Notes under the pieces: model-generated
The model's input: the letters and a program-made list of their open reading frames with translations, nothing else
What the model was told of the DNA's origin: nothing
Databases searched by the model: none
In this document: one piece after another, positions 21,276 through 30,022 of the stretch
How positions within the stretch are numbered: position 1 is the first letter of the stretch
Layout: each line of letters begins with the position of its first letter
From: Candidatus Lindowbacteria bacterium RIFCSPLOWO2_12_FULL_62_27
GTDB lineage: Bacteria > Lindowbacteria > 2-12-FULL-62-27
Direction: 5' to 3'
NCBI GenBank assembly: GCA_001784175.1
Contig: MFPR01000006.1
Span: 1 to 64,000, forward strand
Length of the DNA stretch: 64,000 nucleotides
Translations under genes and position numbers: made by a program

Positions 21276-22760
21276 ATGAATGTTTGCATGTTCGTGTCCG
21301 GGATGGCGGTGCTGGTTCTGGAGATTGTCGGCGCCGCCCTGATCCGGCCGTTCATCGGCGTGGGGCTTTTTGTCTGGTCGTCGATGATCGCCGTGACGCT
21401 GGCGGCGCTCGCGGCCGGATATCTCCTCGGCGGCCGGTGGACTCGCGACCTGACGGGGCCTGACGAACTGGAGCGGCGGTTCTTTCGTGCCGCGTTCCTG
21501 GCGGGCGCATCGATGATTGTGCTGCCATGGTTGACCGCGCCGGTTTTACGGGCCGTCGAATCGCTGGATCTGCGCGTCGCGTCCCTCGTTTCCGCTTTTC
21601 TCTTCACTCCCTCTCTGATTCTCCTCGGCAGCCTGACGCCGATGGCGGTCGCACTCTGTGTCCGCGCCGGTTCCTCCGCCGGACCGGCGGCCGCGCGTCT
21701 CTTTGCGATCTCGACGATGGGCGGTTTTGTTTCGGCGCTGGCGAGCGGCCTGTGGCTTCTGGCGGTGGCGTCCGCGCCGGCCGTTCTCCAGGGAACGGGA
21801 ATATTATTGATGGTGGCCGCGTTTGGGTCGCCCGGGGGCATTGGCCGGATGCGCGGCCCCCGGATGCTGGGACTGAGCTTGTCTTTGGCCGTTCTCGGCG
21901 CCAGCGCATACCCGGCGTTTCACCGCCGACCGGAACAGGTCGTGCATCAGCGCCAGACGGTGGGCGGCAAAGTCCAGGTGGTCGACCGCAACGCCGAGCG
22001 GTGGCTGCTGGTGGACGGCGCCATTCAGGGCCGGGAGCGCATCGCGGACGGCGCGCCGACGTTTGAGTACGTGACCCTGATCGGAGGCTTGCCGGCCCGT
22101 CTGGCCGCGTCTCCCGCCAACGCGCTCATGATCGGCCTCGGCGCCGGCACGCTCGCCGACCGGCTTGCGTCCGCAGGCGTTCGCGTGACCGCCGTCGACA
22201 TCCACGCCTTCATGCCCGAGATCGCGTCGCGCTATTTCAAGTTTGACGCCGTGCGCTCGCGCGTCGTGCTGATGGACGGCCGGGTCTACCTGCGCCGCGC
22301 CTCTGAAGACTTCGACTTGGTTGTCTTTGACGCGTACAACGCCTACGATCTGCCGGACCATCTCATGACGCTGGAAACATTCAGGCTGGTTCGCCGGCGG
22401 CTCCGGCCCGGCGGCGTTTTTGCGTTGAACGTGGTGACGCTCGCGGAACCGTACCGCCTGGCGCCGAAGGACGCGCGGGCGTCGGACGCGATCGGAACCA
22501 CGCTCAGGGCGGCCGGATTTGAGTCCGTCGAATCCCTCATGGTGGGAACGCCGGGCTGGGTGGGAAATCTCATTTTTCTCGCCTCGGACCGGCCGGTTGC
22601 GCCGTGCCTCACGGACAGGATTCAGGCCATCCATTCAAATCCGGGCGAGATTTTGCGGGACGGTTCCAGAAAGATGACGTACTGGGAGATCGACAGCGCC
22701 ACCGCATGGCGGAACGAAGCCTATGCGGTCTTCGGGATCAAAATCCTGCTGGGGATATAA
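21276..22760 (+). CDS. Fused membrane domain / spermidine synthase-like SAM-dependent protein
   Basis: N-terminal TM bundle (SGMAVLVLEI...), then IGLGAG, VDI, DGR.YL, DLVVFDAY. Start moved to ATG 21276. Confidence 0.85.
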   Translation: MNVCMFVSGMAVLVLEIVGAALIRPFIGVGLFVWSSMIAVTLAALAAGYLLGGRWTRDLTGPDELERRFFRAAFLAGASMIVLPWLTAPVLRAVESLDLRVASLVSAFLFTPSLILLGSLTPMAVALCVRAGSSAGPAAARLFAISTMGGFVSALASGLWLLAVASAPAVLQGTGILLMVAAFGSPGGIGRMRGPRMLGLSLSLAVLGASAYPAFHRRPEQVVHQRQTVGGKVQVVDRNAERWLLVDGAIQGRERIADGAPTFEYVTLIGGLPARLAASPANALMIGLGAGTLADRLASAGVRVTAVDIHAFMPEIASRYFKFDAVRSRVVLMDGRVYLRRASEDFDLVVFDAYNAYDLPDHLMTLETFRLVRRRLRPGGVFALNVVTLAEPYRLAPKDARASDAIGTTLRAAGFESVESLMVGTPGWVGNLIFLASDRPVAPCLTDRIQAIHSNPGEILRDGSRKMTYWEIDSATAWRNEAYAVFGIKILLGI

Positions 22761-22768
22761 GCGCTCTC

Positions 22769-23014
22769 TTATTCCTGTTTCTTCTTTCCCTTTCGCAACT
22801 TCCATGCCGTGCCCGCGCCGACGGCCGAGAGGATCGCGAGCAGGATCGACCCCGGCTCCGCGCCGCCGCCTCCGCCCGAGGTCGAAGTCGAACTCGTGGT
22901 GGTGCTTGACGTGGTGGTGGTGCCGCCTCCGGCGAATCCCTGCTCAGGCGTCATCCAAAGGAGAACGGCCAGCGCCATGCACGGCAGGCTTCGAAACAAC
23001 ATCGATCTTTTCAT
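22769..23014 (-). CDS. 81-aa secreted Ser/Thr-rich mini-protein with PEP-CTERM-like sorting signal
   Basis: Signal-peptide-like N-terminus, then GGGTTTTSSTTTSSTSTSGGGGG, AEPGS, a TM helix and a KLRKGKKK tail. Confidence 0.75.
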   Translation of the reverse strand: MKRSMLFRSLPCMALAVLLWMTPEQGFAGGGTTTTSSTTTSSTSTSGGGGGAEPGSILLAILSAVGAGTAWKLRKGKKKQE

Positions 23015-23045
23015 AATTGAACTATACCCCCTTGCCGAATTCGAG

Positions 23046-24287
23046 TCAATAAAGTCCCGGAATAAACCTGTATCGCACCTGTTCGGCGTAGGCCCGGTAC
23101 TCGGGGTCCCGCTCCAAATGATCCTCCTCCGTGGTGGCGCGCAGGACATAAATGATGTTCCAGCCGATGAGCGAGACCAGATACACCGGATTGCCGAGGT
23201 ACGGAATCGTCTCGACCCACCAGGACAGGTTCTTGCCGGCGTAGGCCGGGTGCCGGAGGTACGCATACGGCCCGCGCGCGATCACGCCCCGGTGCGTGAG
23301 ATTGCTGAACCGGAACCCGAAGGCCATCGTGGCCCAGACGTAGAGGCCCATGAAAAAGAGGTCGAGCGCCATCAGCGCAAGGAGGACGGGTTCCGAATGG
23401 ATGATCTGGTATTCGGGATTCTGCTCGAACACCATGTATCGAAAAATCATTTCGTTGAAGGGCGGATAGCACGAGATCGCGGACAGCCAGCCGACGAAGG
23501 TAGGCTCGACCGACCGGATCTTGTTGTCGAGCCACCGGCTCGGCAGCGCATAGCCGGCGATGGCCAGCGCGACGTCCATCAAATAGAGGCTGTGAAAAAG
23601 AATCCGGTAGACCGTTTCCCAGTACGCGAACCCGCCCGGCGCGCCGCCCGCAAGCCTGCCGAGATGGATTGACAGTTGGGCGTACTGCATCGACAAAAAG
23701 ACCGTCATTAGCGGAAGGAAAAACGCCTCCACGAGGATCCCGCCCACCGCCGCCCAGACCCTCCGCCGGGGGCCCTCGCCTCCCGGCCGCGCGCCTCTCG
23801 TCCGCCACGCGGCCCGGCCCGCCGCCATCAGAATCAGCGCGGTGTCGCTCAGTTCCTCCTTGACGCTCCCCCGCCACCGCAGGGTCGCGACGATATATGG
23901 GTATCCGATCAACAGAAACCCAAGGTACAGGATGCGGACGAATGACCGAAAGGGATCAAAGTAGTCGGAGACGTAATAAGGAAACCGTTCATAGATCGCA
24001 TAGAAAACCGTCGCCACCGCCGCAAGGACCCCGTATCGCCAGGCAGCGGATACCAGAATTTTTTTCCACGACCGGTGATATCCCGGAAGCTCGGCCCACC
24101 GGCACAGCCGCAACGGCCGGGACGAGAACTCGATCCACAGCATCGCGGCGCACATCGGGATCAGCAGGAGATAGAACCGGTGCCCCCCCGCCAGAAACGC
24201 CGGCGGATTCACTGCCAGAACCGCGGCCATCGCCAGGACCGCCGCTCCGCCGACGCCGCCCGTCCACGGGTTCTGGCAGCCTCTCAT
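23046..24287 (-). CDS. Isoprenylcysteine carboxyl methyltransferase / PEMT family membrane protein
   Basis: Polytopic; C-terminal GPYAYLRHPAY...RATTEEDHL...Y..Y...V.YRFIP motif. Confidence 0.8.
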   Translation of the reverse strand: MRGCQNPWTGGVGGAAVLAMAAVLAVNPPAFLAGGHRFYLLLIPMCAAMLWIEFSSRPLRLCRWAELPGYHRSWKKILVSAAWRYGVLAAVATVFYAIYERFPYYVSDYFDPFRSFVRILYLGFLLIGYPYIVATLRWRGSVKEELSDTALILMAAGRAAWRTRGARPGGEGPRRRVWAAVGGILVEAFFLPLMTVFLSMQYAQLSIHLGRLAGGAPGGFAYWETVYRILFHSLYLMDVALAIAGYALPSRWLDNKIRSVEPTFVGWLSAISCYPPFNEMIFRYMVFEQNPEYQIIHSEPVLLALMALDLFFMGLYVWATMAFGFRFSNLTHRGVIARGPYAYLRHPAYAGKNLSWWVETIPYLGNPVYLVSLIGWNIIYVLRATTEEDHLERDPEYRAYAEQVRYRFIPGLY

Positions 24288-24299
24288 GCCGTCAGCGGA

Positions 24300-26357
24300 T
24301 TACTGCGGCGTCCGGTGTTCGGCGCAGTAGAGTTTGGGTTCGGTGCCGACCTGGAACGCGACTGATCGGGGTTTGGGGCAGAATTCTGTTGCGAGTTCCC
24401 CGGTTTTGCTGCAGATGGACGTGAATCCGACGCCGGATGGCACCAAAAAATCGCGGGGCGCAATGCCGGCCAGCGCGATCTGCATGAAATCCGTCCAGAT
24501 CGGCGCGACGACCACGCCGCCGCTCATCCGGCCGCCCAGACTCAGGGTGTGGTCGTCATATCCGACCCATATCCCGCAGGCCATGTCGGGCGTGTACCCG
24601 ACAAACCACGCGTCCTTGAATTCGTTGGTCGTCCCGGTCTTGCCGGCGGCCGGCCGGCCCAGATTTTTTCCGACATGCCAGCCGGTCCCCTCCTGCACGG
24701 CGGCGCGGAGCATGTTGGTGATGAGGTACGCGACGACCGGCGTCGTCACGTCGCTTTCGACCGGCACGCCCTCCTCGATGAGCGCGCCCTCGCGGTCGAG
24801 CACCTGCAGGACCGTCATCGGCTCGCGGCGCACGCCGCCGTTGGCGAGCGTCGCATAGGCGCCGGTGAGTTCGAGAAGATTGACGTCGTAGGAACCGAGC
24901 GCGAGGGACCAGAACGGTTCGAGCTTGGAGGTGATCCCGAACCGGCGCGCGGTTTCCATGACCTTGGGCGCGCCGACCCTTTCCATGAGTTTGACGGTGG
25001 CGACGTTGATGGAGAGCATCAGGGACGTGCGCAGGGTCACTTCCCCATGATATTCCTTTTCATAATTTTCCGGCGTCCAGTACAACCCCGGCCGCGTGTG
25101 CTGGTAGACGGCCGGCGCGTCCAGCAGTTTGTCCGACTGGGTCCAGCCGTTCTCGAGTGCGGTGATGTACACGAACGGCTTGAAGGACGATCCGGGCTGG
25201 CGGATCGCCTGGGTCGCGCGGTTGAACTGGTTCCCCACGCCCCACTCGTTCCCGCCGACCAGGGCCCGCACTTCTCCGGTGCGGGCGTCGATCGCGACGA
25301 GCGCGCCCTGGAGCGGCGGCTTGGAGAGCTTGCCGGCGGCGATCCGCTCCTTGTTCTTGACCTCGTCCCAGTGCGCCAGATGTTTTTTCAGAATCTCCTC
25401 CGCCGCCTCCTGCATGCGCAGATCCAGCGTCGTCTTGACCTCCAACCCGCCCTTGTACACCGCATCGAATCCGTATTTCTCCGCAAGGTCCTGCCGGAGG
25501 ACCTCCGCGAAAAACGGCGCGCGGACCGCGCGCATCTGGCCGCGGCGCGTCTGGATCGTCAGCTCGTAGGTTTTGAACCGCAGCCAGTAGTCGTCCAGAA
25601 TCGGAGGCGCCTCGGTGTCGGCGAGAAATCCCTCCCGGACCATCGCCCGAAGCACATATTCCTGCCGCTGCCGGGCCGCGTCGGGATAGCGATAGGGATT
25701 GTTGTAGACCGGCGCGCGCGGCAGCGCGGCCAGCATCGCGGCTTCGCCGACGGTGAGCTCCGTCGCCCGTTTTTGAAAATAGATGTTGGCTGCCGCCTGC
25801 ACGCCGTAGGCGCCCTCGCCGAGATAGATGGTGTTGAGATACCGCTCCAGAATCTCCTGCTTGGAAAACCGCCGTTCGATCCGCACGGCCAGGATCGCTT
25901 CGCGGATTTTCCGCTGGACCGTTTTTTCCCGCGTCAGAAAGAGGACCTTGGCGAGCTGCTGCGTGATGGTGCTGCCGCCCTCGACCACGCGGCCCGACCG
26001 GACGTTCTTGACCATCGCGCGCGCGATGCCCAGAAAGTCGATCCCGCGGTGCAGGTAGAAGCGGTGGTCCTCGGCGGCGAGAAAGGCGTTGGCGACGTGC
26101 GCGGGAATCGCGTCGAGATGGACGATCTCGCGTTTTTCCTGGAAAAACTCCGCGAAGAGCGTCCCGTGGATGTCGTACAATTTGGTCGGCAGTTCCCACT
26201 TGGGGTCGGTGTAATCCTCGAGGGGCGTAATGTCGGGCAGATCGTAGACCATGGCGCCGAACACTCCGAGGGCGACGCCGATCGCGGCGAAAAAAACGAT
26301 CCCGATCCCCTGCCGGTACCGCCAGAGACGGTCGCGAAACCCGCTGTAAATTCTCAC
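24300..26357 (-). CDS. Class A penicillin-binding protein (PBP1A family)
   Basis: Transglycosylase motifs EDHRFY.H.G, GSTITQQ, RKIRE; transpeptidase motifs GSSFK, SIN, KTG. Confidence 0.95.
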   Translation of the reverse strand: MRIYSGFRDRLWRYRQGIGIVFFAAIGVALGVFGAMVYDLPDITPLEDYTDPKWELPTKLYDIHGTLFAEFFQEKREIVHLDAIPAHVANAFLAAEDHRFYLHRGIDFLGIARAMVKNVRSGRVVEGGSTITQQLAKVLFLTREKTVQRKIREAILAVRIERRFSKQEILERYLNTIYLGEGAYGVQAAANIYFQKRATELTVGEAAMLAALPRAPVYNNPYRYPDAARQRQEYVLRAMVREGFLADTEAPPILDDYWLRFKTYELTIQTRRGQMRAVRAPFFAEVLRQDLAEKYGFDAVYKGGLEVKTTLDLRMQEAAEEILKKHLAHWDEVKNKERIAAGKLSKPPLQGALVAIDARTGEVRALVGGNEWGVGNQFNRATQAIRQPGSSFKPFVYITALENGWTQSDKLLDAPAVYQHTRPGLYWTPENYEKEYHGEVTLRTSLMLSINVATVKLMERVGAPKVMETARRFGITSKLEPFWSLALGSYDVNLLELTGAYATLANGGVRREPMTVLQVLDREGALIEEGVPVESDVTTPVVAYLITNMLRAAVQEGTGWHVGKNLGRPAAGKTGTTNEFKDAWFVGYTPDMACGIWVGYDDHTLSLGGRMSGGVVVAPIWTDFMQIALAGIAPRDFLVPSGVGFTSICSKTGELATEFCPKPRSVAFQVGTEPKLYCAEHRTPQ

Positions 26358-26845
26358 CGATAGTTCACAAACTGCAGCGCGCGGCCGAAATCCTGCGTCC
26401 GGAGGTCCGCCATCACCGCCTGCAGGTCGTCCTTGTTCCGGCCGCTCACGCGGACGAGCCCTCCCTGGATCTGCGGATTCACCTTGAGTTTGCGGTCCCG
26501 GATGAATTTCGCGATCGTCTTGGCCGTGTCGTCCGGCAGGCCCATGCCGATCTCGATCTCCTGCCGGGCGGACCCGCCGGGCGTTTCGACAACCTCGCCG
26601 AACGTCAGGTTCTGGATCGGGACATTGCGGCGGATGAGTTTTTGTTTGATAATCTCCTCCAGCGCCGCCAGCCGGTTCTTGTCCTGCGCCGTCAGCACGA
26701 GTTTCTCTTTCTCCCGCACAACGTCCGCCTGCACGCCCTTGAAATCAAACCGGTTCGCCACCTCGCGCCGCACCTGATCCACGGCGTTGTCGACCTCCTG
26801 CAGCTCGACCGTCGACACCACGTCGAACGAAAAGTCTTTGGCCAT
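26354..26845 (-). CDS. yajQ: YajQ family nucleotide/c-di-GMP-binding protein
   Basis: SFDVVS...EVDNAV...NRFDFKG...QIQG..VRVSG..DDLQ...QFVNYR. Confidence 0.95.
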   Translation of the reverse strand: MAKDFSFDVVSTVELQEVDNAVDQVRREVANRFDFKGVQADVVREKEKLVLTAQDKNRLAALEEIIKQKLIRRNVPIQNLTFGEVVETPGGSARQEIEIGMGLPDDTAKTIAKFIRDRKLKVNPQIQGGLVRVSGRNKDDLQAVMADLRTQDFGRALQFVNYR

Positions 26846-26926
26846 GCCAAGTATCTAACACAAACGGCCGCCGGAGGACAACAGGCGCGGTTGCACGCGC
26901 CGCGGGCCAAAGATAGGTTCGAGCGC

Positions 26927-27841
26927 ATGGCTGCATTTCTGTCTGTCACGGATCTGCGCAAATCCTACGACGGCGTCCCGGCGGTTCGGGGCGTGTCGTT
27001 TGACGTTCGTGCCGGGGAGACCTACGGGCTCCTGGGGCCGAACGGCGCAGGCAAAACGACGACCATTCATTGCCTGTACGGGCTGGTCCGGCCTGACGGA
27101 GGTGGTGCGGTCGTTCAGGGTCTGGACGTGGCGCATCGCCTGCGCGAGATCAAGGCGATCGCCGGGATTGTTCCGCAGGACGATTGTCTCGATCCGGACC
27201 TGAGTGTCGAGGAGAACCTGTGGGTCTACGGCCGGTATTTTGGCATCGCGGCGCCGGTGGTGCGCCGGCGCACGGACGAGATTCTGCAGTTCGTGGAGCT
27301 GACGGAGCACCGTCGCAAAAAGGTCCCGGAACTTTCCGGCGGCATGCGCCGGCGCCTCCTCATTGCGCGCGCCCTCATCAACGAGCCAAAACTCCTGATC
27401 CTCGACGAGCCGACCACCGGCCTCGACCCGCAGGCGCGGCATCTCGTGTGGAGCCGGCTCCGCGAGCTGAAGCGGCGCGGGATATCGATGCTGCTCACGA
27501 CCCACTACATGGAGGAGGCGCAGATGCTGTGCGACCGGCTGGCGATCATGGACCACGGCGCGTTCTGCGTCGAATCGACGCCGCCCGAACTGATCGAGCG
27601 GTTTGTCGGGCCGGGCGTGGTGGAAATCCGGGAACCGTTTGATCGCCTGTCCCCTGTCGTGCGCCAGGCGCTGGAAGGCGTGGAGCGGCGGGATTTCGAG
27701 GACACCGTGTTTCTCTTTCCGCGATCGCGCACGCCGGAGGTCCTCAAGACGCTCTCCGAATCCGGCCTCGCCTTCACGCACCGGCCGGCGAACCTGGAAG
27801 ACGTGTTTTTGAAAATTGTGGGGCACGGCCTCCGTGATTGA
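26927..27841 (+). CDS. ABC-2 exporter ATP-binding subunit (NodI-like)
   Basis: GPNGAGKTT, LSGGM, LDEPTTGLDPQAR, TTHYMEEA. Confidence 0.9.
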   Translation: MAAFLSVTDLRKSYDGVPAVRGVSFDVRAGETYGLLGPNGAGKTTTIHCLYGLVRPDGGGAVVQGLDVAHRLREIKAIAGIVPQDDCLDPDLSVEENLWVYGRYFGIAAPVVRRRTDEILQFVELTEHRRKKVPELSGGMRRRLLIARALINEPKLLILDEPTTGLDPQARHLVWSRLRELKRRGISMLLTTHYMEEAQMLCDRLAIMDHGAFCVESTPPELIERFVGPGVVEIREPFDRLSPVVRQALEGVERRDFEDTVFLFPRSRTPEVLKTLSESGLAFTHRPANLEDVFLKIVGHGLRD

Positions 27842-28595
27842 TCCGCGGTACGTCCTGCGCGTCTGGCGCCGCAACGCGATCGTCTGGTCGAAATACTGGT
27901 TGGGATCGTTTGTCGGCACGGCCGGCGAGCCCCTGCTGTATCTGTTCCTCCTCGGCTACGGCATGGAGCGTCTGATCAAGGAAGTCGGCGGCATGCCGTA
28001 CAGCCGGTACATCGCGCCCGGCCTGATTCTCACCGCCACGATGTATGACGCAACGTTTGAATGCACCTACGCAAGTTTCACCCGCATGACCAAGCAGAAC
28101 ACGTACCGGTCGATCATCTCAACGCCGGTCAATCTTGCGGAGGTCGTGGCCGGCGACATCCTGTGGGCGACGACGCGCGGGGTGTTGTCGGCGGCGCTGG
28201 TGAGCGCGCTCCTGGCGGGGCTCGGCATCCTGACGGCGCCGACCCTCGTGCTGATGCCGGTCCTGGCGATTCTGTGCGGCCTCCTCTTCGGCTCCATGGC
28301 GATGGTGGCGACGGGTCTCGCGCGGGACTATGATTTTTTCACGTATTTCTTCACGTTGATCGTCAGCCCCATGTTTCTGATGTCCGGAATTTTTTTCCCT
28401 CTGGAAGGCCTGTCGGGCTGGGCAGGCGCGATCGCCGAGAGCCTGCCGATGACCTGGCTCGTGCGCCTGTCGCGCGCGCTGTCGTACGGCCAGACCGACC
28501 CGCAGATGTTCTCCGACCTGGCGAAATGCGTGGCAGTGACGGCGGTTTTATTTGTGATCTCGATCCGCCTGGTCCGGCGCCGGCTGATCCGGTAG
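27834..28595 (+). CDS. ABC-2 exporter permease (NodJ-like)
   Basis: About 6 TM segments, EP.LYL, Y..IAPG, PMF..SG.FFP; overlaps the ATPase stop. Confidence 0.88.
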   Translation: MIDPRYVLRVWRRNAIVWSKYWLGSFVGTAGEPLLYLFLLGYGMERLIKEVGGMPYSRYIAPGLILTATMYDATFECTYASFTRMTKQNTYRSIISTPVNLAEVVAGDILWATTRGVLSAALVSALLAGLGILTAPTLVLMPVLAILCGLLFGSMAMVATGLARDYDFFTYFFTLIVSPMFLMSGIFFPLEGLSGWAGAIAESLPMTWLVRLSRALSYGQTDPQMFSDLAKCVAVTAVLFVISIRLVRRRLIR

Positions 28596-28614
28596 ACGGG
28601 CCTGGCAATCAATT

Positions 28615-28662
28615 TTGCAAAATACATGAAAATATGGTATTAATTTGCATTATGATGCAAAT
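28615..28662 (+). promoter_or_regulatory. Putative sigma70 promoter with a palindromic operator
   Basis: TTGCAA-N17-TATTAA; ATTTGCAT-TATG-ATGCAAAT at 28643-28662. Confidence 0.55.
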
Positions 28663-28685
28663 AATGATTTCGAGCGGGGCCGGCC

Positions 28686-29936
28686 ATGGTGCGTGACGTC
28701 CTGCTCGTTCAGAAACGTGAACTGGAAGACCGGCTTCGGGAGGGCTATGTCGAAAGGGCCGCCAAGGCCGGCGCGTTCAAATCCCCGCTGATCCACGTCG
28801 TCCTCGGGCCGCGCCGGGCCGGCAAATCTTTTTTTGCGATGCATGGGCTCAAGAAAATGGGGGGGTTTGGCTACGTCAATTTCGATGACGAGCGATTGGC
28901 GGAGATCCGCGATTACGACGAAGTCGTCGCGGCCGTGGACGCGCTGTACGGCAAACCGAAACGCCTTCTGCTCGACGAAATTCAAAACCTGCCGAAGTGG
29001 GAGCTGTTCGTCAACCGGCTCCAGCGGCAGGGATACCGGCTCGTCGTGACGGGCAGCAATGCGCACCTGCTCAGTTCCGAACTGGCGACTCACCTGACCG
29101 GCCGGCACATGCCGGTGGTTCTGTTTCCTTTTTCCTTTTCCGAATATCTGCGGACGATTCCCGGGGAGATGACCGGGCGGGAGAAGGCGGAGGCGTTTCG
29201 CCTATATGCGGAGGAAGGCGGGTATCCTGAACCGATCATCAAAAAAGTGGACCGGCGGGAATATCTATCCACGCTTCTGAACGCCATCCTGTACAAGGAC
29301 ATCGTCAAACGCTTTCAGGTGCGGGCCGTTCAGGGACTGGAGAACCTCGTGACGTATCTCATGTCAAACGTCGCGAATGAATATTCCCTGAACTCCCTGG
29401 CCAACGTCACCCGCTGCCGCAGTCCCCACACCGTCGAGAAATACCTGCGGTATCTGGAGCAGGCCTTTTTGTTTTTCTCACTTAAACGCTTTTCCTTCAA
29501 AGTCAAAGAACAGATCCGCGCCAATCGCAAAATCTATTGCATGGACAACGGATGGATCACGTCCACCGCGTTCAGATTCAGCCCGGACCGGGGCCGGCTC
29601 TATGAAAATCTCGTCGCCATCGCCTTGCGCCGGCGCGAATTGGCCGGCGAATGCGGCGTTTTCTACTGGAAAAATCCCGAGCACGAGGAGGTCGACTTCG
29701 TCGTCAAGGAGGGATTGAAAGTCACCCGGCTGATTCAGGTCTGCGCGCGCGCGGACGACCCGAAAGTCCTCGACCGCGAAACGCGGGCTCTGCTCAAGGC
29801 CGGCAAGGAGCTCAAATGCGGCGGCCTCTACGTGCTCACCGAAGGCATGGAAAAGGAGAAGGAAATGAAATGGTTCGGCCTGCGGGGCAAAATCCGATTC
29901 CTGCCGATGTGGAAATGGCTGATGGACTGCGGTTGA
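28686..29936 (+). CDS. AAA+ ATPase (AAA_14 / DUF4143 type)
   Basis: GPRRAGKS, LLDEIQ, TGSN, LTGR, GGYP, C-terminal YEN...EVDFV. Confidence 0.9.
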   Translation: MVRDVLLVQKRELEDRLREGYVERAAKAGAFKSPLIHVVLGPRRAGKSFFAMHGLKKMGGFGYVNFDDERLAEIRDYDEVVAAVDALYGKPKRLLLDEIQNLPKWELFVNRLQRQGYRLVVTGSNAHLLSSELATHLTGRHMPVVLFPFSFSEYLRTIPGEMTGREKAEAFRLYAEEGGYPEPIIKKVDRREYLSTLLNAILYKDIVKRFQVRAVQGLENLVTYLMSNVANEYSLNSLANVTRCRSPHTVEKYLRYLEQAFLFFSLKRFSFKVKEQIRANRKIYCMDNGWITSTAFRFSPDRGRLYENLVAIALRRRELAGECGVFYWKNPEHEEVDFVVKEGLKVTRLIQVCARADDPKVLDRETRALLKAGKELKCGGLYVLTEGMEKEKEMKWFGLRGKIRFLPMWKWLMDCG

Positions 29937-30022
29937 AGTCCAACATCACGCGTCATTCCCCGGCTCAAACCTCCGTCCCCGGCTCGTCCCCGGCTCAAAT
30001 TCGTTAGATTTCGCCCCGCGCG

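Noticed and set aside
29957-30000. Three copies of TCCCCGGCTC between convergent genes
   Set aside because: Short and irregularly spaced; not a CRISPR, and no function can be supported.
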